From the NCBI GenBank assembly GCA_000008085.1, contig AE017199.1, positions 1 to 32,000 of the forward strand: DNA of 32,000 nt, given 5' to 3'. Shown piece after piece: positions 15,157 through 24,344 of the stretch. The DNA is from Nanoarchaeum equitans Kin4-M. Its GTDB lineage: Archaea > Nanobdellota > Nanobdellia > Nanobdellales > Nanoarchaeaceae. Both the position numbers and the translations under genes were made by a program. Numbering within the stretch: the stretch's first letter is position 1; every line of letters begins with the position of its first letter. The notes beneath the pieces were generated by a model. It was given only the letters and a program-made list of their open reading frames with translations. It searched no databases and was not told where the DNA came from.

Positions 15157-16158
15157 ATGAAAACTATATACATACTTAGTATAGGCAAACTTTATAGGGG
15201 TAAGAATGGCCTTTACTTTATTAACAAAGACAAAAAGAAAAGTCCCATACCTTTGGAAAGCATAAAAGAGATATTTATCCTAAACAAAGTTTCTGTAACC
15301 TATAATGCTTTAAAACTATTAGCAGATAGAAATATTCCAATACATTTCTTTTATGAAAATACTAAAAAAGGAATATCCTATTATTTGGGTTCTTTCTTAC
15401 CGAGGCAAAAGACAAAATCTGGTTTAGTTTTAGTAAAACAAGTTGAGGCATATAAAGATATAGAAAAAAGAACAGAAATAGCATTAGAGATAGTTGATGC
15501 TATTAGATATAATTGTATAAAGGTTTTAGAAAAATACCACATTGATGAAGTAAAAGAGTTAAGAAAAATAGATGTTTGGAAAATGTTTGAAGAAAGTTTA
15601 AATGACTGGAAAGATGCCATAAATATAATAAGGGGTATAGAGAGTAATATATGGAATCTATTTTACCAAGGTTTAGATAAAATATTAAAACTATATAAAT
15701 TAGAGAGAAGAACTAGGAGGCCTCCTAAAAATGAGGCTAATACTATTGTAAGTTTTGCAAACACTTTATTATATGGAGTAACTTTAACAGAAATATACAA
15801 AACCCATTTGGATCCAACTATATCTTTTTTGCATGAATTAAGAGATACAAGGTATTCTTTAGCTTTAGATTTGTCTGAAAATTTCAAACCAATAATTACT
15901 TTTAGAATTTTGATTTGGCTAGTAAACCAAGGAATTATAAAGGATACACATTTTGTTAAAGGTTTAAATGGAGTTTTGTTAAATGAGCAAGGCAAAAAAT
16001 TAGTAATCAAAGAATTTAATAAAAGATTGGACGAAACTATTAAATTGAAAAGCGGGTTAAAGAGAAGCATGAGATGGTATATAAAAGCACAAGCCTATAA
16101 TTTAGAAAGGTTTTTGTTAGATGGTAGAAAATTCAAAGCTTTTAGGTTAATTTATTAA
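15157..16158 (+). CDS. cas1: Cas1 integrase
   Basis: RRTRRPPKNEANTIVSFANTLLYGV...LDPTISFLHELRDTRYSLALDLSENFKPII matches the Cas1 catalytic region (RPPxDxxNalLsfgY...gflH...sLalDlxEefrP). Confidence 0.95.
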   Translation: MKTIYILSIGKLYRGKNGLYFINKDKKKSPIPLESIKEIFILNKVSVTYNALKLLADRNIPIHFFYENTKKGISYYLGSFLPRQKTKSGLVLVKQVEAYKDIEKRTEIALEIVDAIRYNCIKVLEKYHIDEVKELRKIDVWKMFEESLNDWKDAINIIRGIESNIWNLFYQGLDKILKLYKLERRTRRPPKNEANTIVSFANTLLYGVTLTEIYKTHLDPTISFLHELRDTRYSLALDLSENFKPIITFRILIWLVNQGIIKDTHFVKGLNGVLLNEQGKKLVIKEFNKRLDETIKLKSGLKRSMRWYIKAQAYNLERFLLDGRKFKAFRLIY

Positions 16159-16353
16159 ATTTTCCTTATTACTATACAAAAGACTATTTTGTTTCGGTTT
16201 TCTTTTTGATGTGGTTTGTTTGTAATTCCAAAAAGCCTAAAATAACTCTTTAGTTTCTAATAATTTTGTATATTTAGACAATGCTTTAAGACCAACATAT
16301 TAAGTTGATTATAGCCAAACCAAGAATTTAAAATATAAAAACAAAGATAATTA

Positions 16354-17631
16354 ATGACAGGAAAACCTGACAATTCTTTAACAATAGATCTATCAAAACT
16401 TAACGATCCTTATTACTTCAATGTTCTCAAAAGTCTTTTGGGCCATCTTAAGGATGCTAGGAGTGCAAAAGATATCCAAAAACTCATAGAAATCCTAAAA
16501 AACGAATCTGAAAAATCCATAGAAGAGGATATTAGAGCATCTATTTTACCCACATCCGTTTCTAAAAAAGAAGGAAGAAATTTTTACTTACCAAAAGAAG
16601 GGTTGTTAGTAGAGGAAGAAGTAAACGAATTAATAGACGATTTAGCAGGGGTATATCTATCTTCTGGAGGAAATATCTACTTATTAAAAATAAAGAATAG
16701 CCAATTGTTTGAAAATTATAGTAATAAAATAAGGGGAGAAGGTATTTTGGATAATGGAATAGACACCAAACGCTTATTGGGCGAAGTTGGGCTTCCCCGT
16801 GGTGTAAAGATTTCAGGAGATTTTCCAAATATAAATTTATTTCTAATTTTAAATGATTTTATATTGTTTATATTAGGTTCTGAGAAGTTAAAGAAAAGTA
16901 TAAACCTTAAAGTAGAAGAGCTATCTGATGACGTTTTGAAAAATTTCTTACTTCCTTATTTAAAAGATATTTCTTTTACTTCTGGAGTATATACTGTACT
17001 TTCTAGACAAAAGAAAAGGAAGTATTACATTACGAATCTTACCGACTTTATACTAAAATTTTACAAAAACGAGATAGAGAATCCATCAAGCTCGATAATA
17101 GGGAAGTTTACATTCTCTTTTTATATAACAGATAAAGATTTCAAAGATAAAGCCCTAGGATTACTAGACAAATTTTTGTATTATCTTATTTTCAAACATT
17201 CCATTAATTGGAAAATCCTTTGTGATATGTTAAATATTTTCTATGACTATAACTATAAGAAATATTTAAAAAATAACAAGCAACCTATACATATGAGATC
17301 CGCAAAGGAATTCTTTGCAATGATGAATTTAGAGAAAATCTATGATTGGGCTTATGCGACAGGAAAAACGATTCTAGAAGTGGATAAAGAAAATGGTAAG
17401 GATTATGTTAACGAGATCATAAAGGAAATCAAGAAGGAGGAGTTACCAGGGAAGTTTAAAGAAGAACTATCCAAAGTTTTACATAAGGTAAGTGAAAAAA
17501 TAAGAAAAGACACAAGAAATGATCAATTCAATCTACACATACATCCAGACATAGCTAAAAAAGATTTACAAGGAGACGAGTTTTATAAGGTAAAGGCCGC
17601 AGTTCTAGCTGGTTTAATGAACTCCCTATGA
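16354..17631 (+). CDS. Putative Cascade large subunit (Cas8b-like), assigned by position only
   Basis: It is the first gene of a four-gene ATGA-coupled operon, directly upstream of cas7-cas5-cas3. 425 aa with no motif I can recognise. The C-terminal ~110 aa look all-helical and Lys/Glu-rich. Confidence 0.45.
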   Translation: MTGKPDNSLTIDLSKLNDPYYFNVLKSLLGHLKDARSAKDIQKLIEILKNESEKSIEEDIRASILPTSVSKKEGRNFYLPKEGLLVEEEVNELIDDLAGVYLSSGGNIYLLKIKNSQLFENYSNKIRGEGILDNGIDTKRLLGEVGLPRGVKISGDFPNINLFLILNDFILFILGSEKLKKSINLKVEELSDDVLKNFLLPYLKDISFTSGVYTVLSRQKKRKYYITNLTDFILKFYKNEIENPSSSIIGKFTFSFYITDKDFKDKALGLLDKFLYYLIFKHSINWKILCDMLNIFYDYNYKKYLKNNKQPIHMRSAKEFFAMMNLEKIYDWAYATGKTILEVDKENGKDYVNEIIKEIKKEELPGKFKEELSKVLHKVSEKIRKDTRNDQFNLHIHPDIAKKDLQGDEFYKVKAAVLAGLMNSL

Positions 17632-18596
17632 TGAAGACCGTTCAAATTTCTATATTAGCTAGAGTATATGGAAATGTAAATGCAGACGAAACAATAGGAA
17701 ACAGAGTTACAATAAAGAAATTCTATAGCTCTGAAGGAGAAGTTTTACCATTCGTTTCAGCAAGGGCAATAAAATACTCTATAAGACAGGCATTAAAAGA
17801 AAGAGGATTCGAGATAGACCCATTCGTAGCTGAAAAGAAGGAGATGAGGGATTCTGGTAATCCAATAAAGTATGTAGATAATGATTTGTTCGGTTTTATG
17901 GCACCCTACAAAGGAAAAAAGAAAGGAGAAGGGGGTTCTGTAAATAGACAAGCGCCAATTGCTATATCATATTTTAAAGCTCTAAAAAATACTCCAATAA
18001 ATGTAGAGTTTGGTGCGAGATTTCCAAGGGAAAATACTATAAAAATAGATAAGGAAAAAACAGAAGAATCGAATCAAGAATCAGATCAAACCTTGAACCC
18101 AATACCTTTTGAAGTAGAAGTTGCAGATTTTATTGGAAGATTAAATGTGTTAATCTATGAGAATGTTGGTAAGTTTACAGAAGAAGAGCTAACTAATGTA
18201 CAAGATAAAAATATATTACAAAATATACTACAGAAGGAAGGCAAACTTTATGTTTTACCAGAAGAAGAAAGGAAAAAAAGGCTAAAAGCTTTCTTAGAAA
18301 TACTATTAATACCAAGTTATGTTTTACCGAGGAGAACCAATTCGCTAAACATTCCAGAGTACAAAGTCGCTTTAATAGTATTAAACAAGGAGGGAGTTCT
18401 ACCCATATACCAATATCTGGATTATGTAAAAGAGGGAGTGGTTAATTTAGAGAAATTGAAAAGATTAAAAGAAATAGTTGAAGAAGCGGGGAGCGAAGCT
18501 TATATAATTGACTATGACGGCTGGGTTGAAGAAGAGATATTCCCAAAAATTACTGTTAAGCAAGCTGTAGAAAAAATATTAAACCATCTATTATGA
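17628..18596 (+). CDS. cas7: Cas7 (Cascade backbone subunit, Csh2/Csa2-like RAMP)
   Basis: N-terminus ISILARVYGNVNADETIGNRVTIKK (the Cas7 l-N-a-d/g-x-x-g-N pattern), FVSARAIKYSIRQAL, and DLFGFM in the thumb region. Position between the large subunit and cas5. Confidence 0.8.
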   Translation: MMKTVQISILARVYGNVNADETIGNRVTIKKFYSSEGEVLPFVSARAIKYSIRQALKERGFEIDPFVAEKKEMRDSGNPIKYVDNDLFGFMAPYKGKKKGEGGSVNRQAPIAISYFKALKNTPINVEFGARFPRENTIKIDKEKTEESNQESDQTLNPIPFEVEVADFIGRLNVLIYENVGKFTEEELTNVQDKNILQNILQKEGKLYVLPEEERKKRLKAFLEILLIPSYVLPRRTNSLNIPEYKVALIVLNKEGVLPIYQYLDYVKEGVVNLEKLKRLKEIVEEAGSEAYIIDYDGWVEEEIFPKITVKQAVEKILNHLL

Positions 18597-19297
18597 AAGC
18601 CTTAGCTTTTAGGATTTCTTTTTTTGAACACCTCTTCAAAAATCATTATACTAAAGCGTTCAAGTTATCTTATCCAACCTTGTTGCCTACAGAAGCTCTA
18701 GGATTGATAGGCAACATCTGCGGTTATGATAGAAAAAATGTTTATAAAGAACTAAAAGATCTCTATTTTGGTTCCACTTTTTTAGATGGATACTATATTG
18801 AAGAAAATATAACTTTTATCCAATTCAAAAAAGAGACCGGTGGTAAATACAGATCTGGTATAGTTAAATCCCAGGTATATCACAATTCGGAACATTTGGT
18901 AATAATTGCTGGGGATGAGAAAAAACTGAATGAAAAAATACTGAACAAGATTAAAACTCTAAACTCTGATCCTATAGAGAACAATTTAGGTAAATGGTTA
19001 CTAGTTAAACCAATAAGATATCCTTATGGAGGGTGGAATGATTTTTTTGCAAAAGATATAAGGATTTTGGATAAATTTTTAGAAGTAGAGGAAAAAGAGA
19101 ATGTTAGGGGATATGTTCCTTTGGATTGGGTTAAAAGCATAAATGAAAACTCAGAAATAGAAACAATGCCCGTAAAATACAAAAACAAGATGGAATATTT
19201 CGTTTTTATAAAAAGAGGGTATGCGTTGTTGAAGGAAAAGGTAAAAACCGTCTTAGATATACCTATATACTCTTTAGAAGACTTCAATTATTTATGA
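18593..19297 (+). CDS. cas5: Cas5 (RAMP, 5'-handle binding subunit)
   Basis: N-terminal FKLSYPTLLPTEALGLIGNICGY fits the Cas5 pattern (sy-x-x-P-x-p-S/T-x-x-x-G-l-l-x-a-i-x-G). Size and position also fit. Confidence 0.72.
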   Translation: MKALAFRISFFEHLFKNHYTKAFKLSYPTLLPTEALGLIGNICGYDRKNVYKELKDLYFGSTFLDGYYIEENITFIQFKKETGGKYRSGIVKSQVYHNSEHLVIIAGDEKKLNEKILNKIKTLNSDPIENNLGKWLLVKPIRYPYGGWNDFFAKDIRILDKFLEVEEKENVRGYVPLDWVKSINENSEIETMPVKYKNKMEYFVFIKRGYALLKEKVKTVLDIPIYSLEDFNYL

Positions 19298-21561
19298 AGT
19301 GCAAATCACATCCCAATAAATTATTAGACCAACACATAAAAGAGATTAAAAATATATTTAATAATTTGGTTAATTTCTATGATATTGAATTAAACGAAAC
19401 AGAGAAGAAGCTGTTTGATTATTTAATAGAGTTACATGACATAGGGAAGTGCAGAAAAGAATTCCAAGAATATATAAAAAAACTGGAAAAAGGCGAGAAA
19501 CCAAAATCTCCCGGTAGCCATTCTTTATGGTCTTTGGAGGAACTGGAAAGGATTTTATCTAAAATCGATTTAGATAAGGAATATTTACCCTTATTATTTT
19601 ATTTTATTGCGAAACATCACTCTAATTTATCTTTAAGTAATACTGATGAAAAATTAAAAAGGCAAATAGCTAAACTTATTCTTAAATTAAATAACTTGCT
19701 AAATAACCAGCCCGAAATAGATTTATTGCTAAATCAAGGATTTTTTGAAATCTATTATAAGGGTTTACTTAAAAAGTTCGAAAAAGAAGAATTAATAAAA
19801 TTGGCGGATCTATTTGGAGTATTCAAAATTTCAGATATCTTATCAGCTAAAAATATTTTAGATAAAGTTAATGAAATAGTTTATAAAGAGGAAATTACAG
19901 AAAGAAAAGTTGAGCAATTAATAGGGAGAAGTATTGATGAAGAAAGATGGGGTTTCCAAAAGTGTTTGTCAAAATTTGATTATTTGTCCCTAAGAGCGCC
20001 AACAGGATGGGGTAAAACAACTACTGCTTTATTATTTGCCTTAAATAAAGATTATAACAAAATATTTATTACTCTTCCAACAATAACAGCAATAGAAGAT
20101 TTTCGTCAAAAACTAAAAAATGCTGGTTTTAAAGCAGAGGAATATTTCTATTTCTACGATGCTAGAGCAATTTTAGACGAAGAGGATGAGAGATTAAATA
20201 GTTTATATTTTGTCCAAAATCTCTATTCTCCTATAAATATTACTACGATAGATCAAATATTGTTATCATTTCTGCAAGCTGGCAAATATTTTATGAAAAG
20301 GTTAAATCTAAGAAAATCGATATTGATTATAGATGAAATCCATCTATTAACACCACAAATGTTGTTCTTGCTTAAAAAACTGCTAGAACATTTGGTTCCA
20401 CTCTACAAAATTAGGTTATTATTAATGTCTGCAACCTTACCAAAAGGAATTATTGATTACCTATCAGAAAACATTAATATCAAATTTGAATTCGTAGATA
20501 TATACGAATTGGAACCAAAATATAGAAATAGGGAAAGAGTGGAAATAGAATTAATAAAAAAGGACATCTCGGAAAACATAGAGAGGATAGTTGAAGAAAA
20601 TAAAAAGGGAAAGAGCGTTTTAGTTATAGCAAATACTGTGGAAAAAGCAGTATGTATTTATAAAAGACTAAAAGAAGAGTACAATATAAACAATATTTCT
20701 TTATTACATGGAAGATTTATGTTTAAACATAGAAAAGAGAGAGAAAGGGAAATAAGGGATTTGTTGGAAAATAAAGGAATTTTGGTTTCTACCCAAGTTA
20801 CAGAAGTTTCTTTAGATGTGGATTTTGATGTTTTGTTTACGGAGGCTGCACCAATATCGGCAATAGTTCAAAGGTTAGGTAGAGTTAATAGATATGGAAA
20901 AAAATCAAAATCCAAAGTGTATATCTATTATCCTAAGGAGATAGATAAAATTGAAGAGGACAGAAGAAAAAAGTATCCATACAATATTGAAGAGATAAAG
21001 AAAAGTTGGAAATTTTTAGAAGAACTAGATAATTTTAAAGAAGGGATTTTCATAAAAAAGATTGATGAGGTATTTACTAAAGAATTTTATGAAGGGTTAA
21101 TTAAAGGGGAAGAAATCTTTTTTAAATTTAGAGAAGTTTTTGAAGATAGAAAATCCCAAAATAATATACATTGGTTTTTGCAAAGTACATCTGAAGAGGT
21201 AGGAAAAAAATTATTAGACTTTAGGGATAATGTTACCACATTAATAATTCCCTATGGCGATTTGGTTGAAGCCGAGATTTATGATGAGATAACCAAAATT
21301 CTAGAGGAATACAAAAAATTGAAGGAAAAGCCCTACTCATATGACGAATGGAAAAAGTTTTTTGCGAAAGCCAAAGCCCATGCAGTATCAGTACCATTAT
21401 ATCTAGTTTTAGGGTTAGATCCAGACAAAGTTGGTTTGCCTGTAATTAATAAACTTAAGGAGGATTATGAATTTAAATATTTTAAAGAATGTGGGTTTGT
21501 GAATTTGAAAAAACTGAAAGAAATGGGGTGTGAATTTGATAGTGATTATACTTATCAATAA
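19294..21561 (+). CDS. cas3: Cas3 with fused N-terminal HD nuclease and SF2 helicase
   Basis: HD domain: HPNKLLDQH, ELHDIGKCRKEFQ, GSHS, AKHHSNL. Helicase: APTGWGKTT, IIDEIHLL, MSATLP, VSTQVTEVSLDVDFD, QRLGRVNRYG. Confidence 0.92.
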   Translation: MKCKSHPNKLLDQHIKEIKNIFNNLVNFYDIELNETEKKLFDYLIELHDIGKCRKEFQEYIKKLEKGEKPKSPGSHSLWSLEELERILSKIDLDKEYLPLLFYFIAKHHSNLSLSNTDEKLKRQIAKLILKLNNLLNNQPEIDLLLNQGFFEIYYKGLLKKFEKEELIKLADLFGVFKISDILSAKNILDKVNEIVYKEEITERKVEQLIGRSIDEERWGFQKCLSKFDYLSLRAPTGWGKTTTALLFALNKDYNKIFITLPTITAIEDFRQKLKNAGFKAEEYFYFYDARAILDEEDERLNSLYFVQNLYSPINITTIDQILLSFLQAGKYFMKRLNLRKSILIIDEIHLLTPQMLFLLKKLLEHLVPLYKIRLLLMSATLPKGIIDYLSENINIKFEFVDIYELEPKYRNRERVEIELIKKDISENIERIVEENKKGKSVLVIANTVEKAVCIYKRLKEEYNINNISLLHGRFMFKHRKEREREIRDLLENKGILVSTQVTEVSLDVDFDVLFTEAAPISAIVQRLGRVNRYGKKSKSKVYIYYPKEIDKIEEDRRKKYPYNIEEIKKSWKFLEELDNFKEGIFIKKIDEVFTKEFYEGLIKGEEIFFKFREVFEDRKSQNNIHWFLQSTSEEVGKKLLDFRDNVTTLIIPYGDLVEAEIYDEITKILEEYKKLKEKPYSYDEWKKFFAKAKAHAVSVPLYLVLGLDPDKVGLPVINKLKEDYEFKYFKECGFVNLKKLKEMGCEFDSDYTYQ

Positions 21562-22061
21562 CCTTCCCAGCACAAAGGGTAATAAGCGCAAGCCTTACAA
21601 TAATCTTTAAAAACTTCTCTAGGGGGCTTATCCATCGAAATTATTCTTTTTATTTCATTTAAAATCTCTTTTATTTTTCTCTCGTCCTTTTCAGTTAATT
21701 CAATGTATTCCTCTTTATTATATTCGGGAATAACTAGTTTGCCTTTAACATTTAATCCTAGTCTTTTCAAATACCATAAATAATATTTTAACTGCCATAA
21801 AGCTGCTTCTTTAAACTTGTCAGATTTTTTTATTTCAAAAACCAAAACAAAATCTTTGTACCTTTTTATAACATCGGGCGATATTTCGTTTATTATAACT
21901 TTTCTCTCATATTTATGTTTTTCTTTATAAAATAACTCTATGTATTTGCCTATTTGAACCAAATCTGATTCATGTTCCATTGTAATTTTATTAGCATAAA
22001 ACCAGAGCTTTCTTTTGCATACAAAATAGTAATATATATAGGCACCACCAATTAAAGCCAT
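21555..22061 (-). CDS. cas4: Cas4 (RecB-like nuclease with 4-Cys Fe-S cluster)
   Basis: N-terminal CKRKLWFY. A D...EIKKS (D-EXK) core. C-terminal CKACAYYPLC. Convergent with cas3, 7-nt overlap. Confidence 0.88.
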   Translation of the reverse strand: MALIGGAYIYYYFVCKRKLWFYANKITMEHESDLVQIGKYIELFYKEKHKYERKVIINEISPDVIKRYKDFVLVFEIKKSDKFKEAALWQLKYYLWYLKRLGLNVKGKLVIPEYNKEEYIELTEKDERKIKEILNEIKRIISMDKPPREVFKDYCKACAYYPLCWEGY

Positions 22062-22092
22062 TATTTTATAAAGTTCGATGAATTAATAATTT

Positions 22093-22350
22093 ATGCAAAT
22101 TCTAGACAATGGTATTCCAATATATTATTTCCCTTCGAATGCTGAAACTATTGCCATAGGAATTGGCATTAAAATTGGAAGTATATACGAAGAGAAAGAT
22201 AAAAGAGGTATATCACATTTTGTTGAGCATATGACCTTCAAAAGCAATACTAAATATAATAAAAACCAAATATTAGATATACTTAAAACTTACTCTTTTT
22301 ACAATGGTTATACCAGTCTCGCCCATACTATTTATGTGTTTGATCACTAA
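22093..22350 (+). CDS. M16 (pitrilysin/insulinase) zinc-peptidase, N-terminal fragment carrying HxxEH
   Basis: GISHFVEHMTFKS (inverted zincin HxxEH), followed by NGYTSLAHTIYVF (cf. M16 NAxTxxxxTxY). It terminates at TAA 22348-22350. Confidence 0.7.
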   Translation: MQILDNGIPIYYFPSNAETIAIGIGIKIGSIYEEKDKRGISHFVEHMTFKSNTKYNKNQILDILKTYSFYNGYTSLAHTIYVFDH

Positions 22351-23197
22351 TACTAAATTTGATGAAAAAGAATTCGAAATAGAACGCGAAATAGTATTAA
22401 ACGAGATAAAGAGATATGATTCTAGGCCTGCAGGAATTTTATGTAGGAACATCCCTAAATCTTTGTTTGGGGAATCTGACTATGGAGACCCCATCGGGGG
22501 ATACGAAGAAACTATAAAAAATATAGAAAAAAGTGACTTAGAAGAATTCAAACAAAAATACTATGTTTCAAATAATATGTTTGTTGTAGTTAATGGGAAT
22601 ATAAAAGAGAAGCATAAACAAATAATAGAAAAATATTTTTCTAAAATAGAAGAAGGAAACCCAAAAAAGAAAAAACCTACTATAGGGAAGGGCAAAGATA
22701 TAGAAATAAAATTTCCAACTAAGCTAGTTCATTGTTCTTTAAATTTCGAAGCGCCTTTGGATTTAAGATATAAATTATTAACTTCTATAGTTGGCTATAG
22801 AGGATTGATGAACGCCATTTTTAGAGAGAAATACGGAATATGCTATAGTTGCAGTTTCTACATTTATAACACTTATCCGGATAGACTCGCTATTAGTTTA
22901 GAATTACCAGGAATAGAAAAGCAAAAGCTTGATTTGGTAGAAATAGCTAAAGAGGAATTCTTTGAAAAGCTAAAACAACTAGATGAACAAGAATATAAAA
23001 AAGCAATGGAAAAGTTCAAATTGGACTTTATGACAAGTAAATACAACCTATATTTAAAAACAAAAAAAGATCTAATATATATTAACTATTTTGGAAAACC
23101 TTGGGAATCCATATACAAAGAGTTGCTTAATATAAACTATGAAGAGTTAAAAGAGCTAACTTTCAAAAATGGCAAAAAAGTTATTGTAAGCGATTAA
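22304..23197 (+). CDS. M16 zinc-peptidase, remainder (distal Glu region plus C-terminal domain), in the +1 frame relative to the N-terminal fragment
   Basis: FDEKEFEIEREIVLNEIKRYDSRP is the M16 ExERxVVxxE block. An in-frame ATG at 22334 (MCLITNTKFDEKE) could serve as an independent start. Confidence 0.7.
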   Translation: MVIPVSPILFMCLITNTKFDEKEFEIEREIVLNEIKRYDSRPAGILCRNIPKSLFGESDYGDPIGGYEETIKNIEKSDLEEFKQKYYVSNNMFVVVNGNIKEKHKQIIEKYFSKIEEGNPKKKKPTIGKGKDIEIKFPTKLVHCSLNFEAPLDLRYKLLTSIVGYRGLMNAIFREKYGICYSCSFYIYNTYPDRLAISLELPGIEKQKLDLVEIAKEEFFEKLKQLDEQEYKKAMEKFKLDFMTSKYNLYLKTKKDLIYINYFGKPWESIYKELLNINYEELKELTFKNGKKVIVSD

Positions 23198-23218
23198 ATA
23201 TAACATTATTATAACATT

Positions 23219-24316
23219 ATGCCCAGGGCCATAATTTTAGGAGGAGGTGTAGCAGGTTTGCAAGCAGCCCATTTATTAAAAGATAAAGCAGAGGTATATG
23301 TAATAACAGAGAATGACTATTACATTAGCGGGCCTTCGAGACCATTAATTTTAAGCAACGAACAACAATTAGATAGAATAGTTAGAGGTTACAACCATTT
23401 ACCTAAAGAAATAAAAGTTTTGTTTGGCAAAGCTAAAATAGATTTAGAAAACAACAAAGTTTTAGTGAATAATAAAGAATTAGAATATGATTATCTAATC
23501 ATTGCTACCGGTATAAAATATGATTATAATGCAATAGATATTAAGGATAAAATCTATAATGTATACGACATAGGAAAACTTTTCGATTTAAAACATTTGA
23601 TTTGGACTATAAACAAAGGGTCTATATTGGTTTATGCGCCAAAACAACCTTATAGATGTGCCCCTGCCCCCGGGGAAACAATTATGACTATAGACATGGT
23701 ATTAAGGCATAGAAAAGTTAGAGATAATATAAAATTAATATTTGTCGATGCTAACGAAAAGGTACAACCTCCAGTAATACACGATGTATGGATAAAAAGA
23801 TTTGAAGAAGCAGGGATAGAATATTATTTAGGCAAAGAAATTGTAGAAGTAAACGAAAAGGGCGTAAAACTAAATGATGGCACATTTATAGAAGCAGATT
23901 ACAAAGTTATTTTGCCCCCAAACAAAGCTAACAACCCTATAGGAGAAGGCTTTATAGAAGTAAGAAGTCCAAAAGATTTAAGGTTAAAAGATTACGATAA
24001 TGTTTATGCTGTAGGAGATGTTGCTAAATTGCCCTTCCCTAAGAATGCAGAAATAGCTTTGCAAAGCGCAATAAATGCAGCAAACCAAATAATTGCAGAA
24101 ATAGAAGGAACAGAATATAAACCACAAGACTATAGATTTGGAGGATGGGCTTACATGGGTAATTTAAAAGAACTAAAAACTGAAAGTACATTCTTTAGCT
24201 TAGATTTTAGCGAAGGTAAACCCAAAGGAAACAAAGACCCAGAGCCAAAAGTAGAATATACAAAAATTAAAGACCAATGGGAGCAAAGCTTATTGAAAAA
24301 GCTATTCGGTTACTAA
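23219..24316 (+). CDS. FAD-dependent pyridine-nucleotide-disulfide oxidoreductase (sulfide:quinone oxidoreductase/NDH-2-like)
   Basis: N-terminal AIILGGGVAGLQAA (GxGxxG). YRCAPAPGE resembles the SQR-family KCxGAP motif. VYAVGDVAKLP is the FAD-binding motif. Confidence 0.6.
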   Translation: MPRAIILGGGVAGLQAAHLLKDKAEVYVITENDYYISGPSRPLILSNEQQLDRIVRGYNHLPKEIKVLFGKAKIDLENNKVLVNNKELEYDYLIIATGIKYDYNAIDIKDKIYNVYDIGKLFDLKHLIWTINKGSILVYAPKQPYRCAPAPGETIMTIDMVLRHRKVRDNIKLIFVDANEKVQPPVIHDVWIKRFEEAGIEYYLGKEIVEVNEKGVKLNDGTFIEADYKVILPPNKANNPIGEGFIEVRSPKDLRLKDYDNVYAVGDVAKLPFPKNAEIALQSAINAANQIIAEIEGTEYKPQDYRFGGWAYMGNLKELKTESTFFSLDFSEGKPKGNKDPEPKVEYTKIKDQWEQSLLKKLFGY

Positions 24317-24344
24317 TTTTTTAATTGTTTTTAATTTTAGTTTT

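Noticed and set aside
16202-16235. Inverted repeat CTTTTTG...(20 nt)...CAAAAAG downstream of cas1, considered as a terminator or small RNA
   Set aside because: A 7-bp A/T-rich stem with a large loop would be unstable in a hyperthermophile. Archaeal termination needs only oligo-T, which is abundant here anyway.
16253-16264. GTTTCTAATAAT in the cas1/cas8-like intergenic region, matching the first 10 nt of the crRNA-sense repeat (possible orphan repeat)
   Set aside because: Only 10 of 28 nt match, it is in the opposite orientation to the array, and the sequence is A/T-rich. This is within chance expectation.
22336-22350. Programmed +1 ribosomal frameshift joining the two M16 peptidase ORFs
   Set aside because: There is no slippery heptamer or re-pairing-competent codon at GAT-CAC-TAA. 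An ATG in the second frame (22334) offers a simpler explanation, so a split gene or a mutation is more likely.
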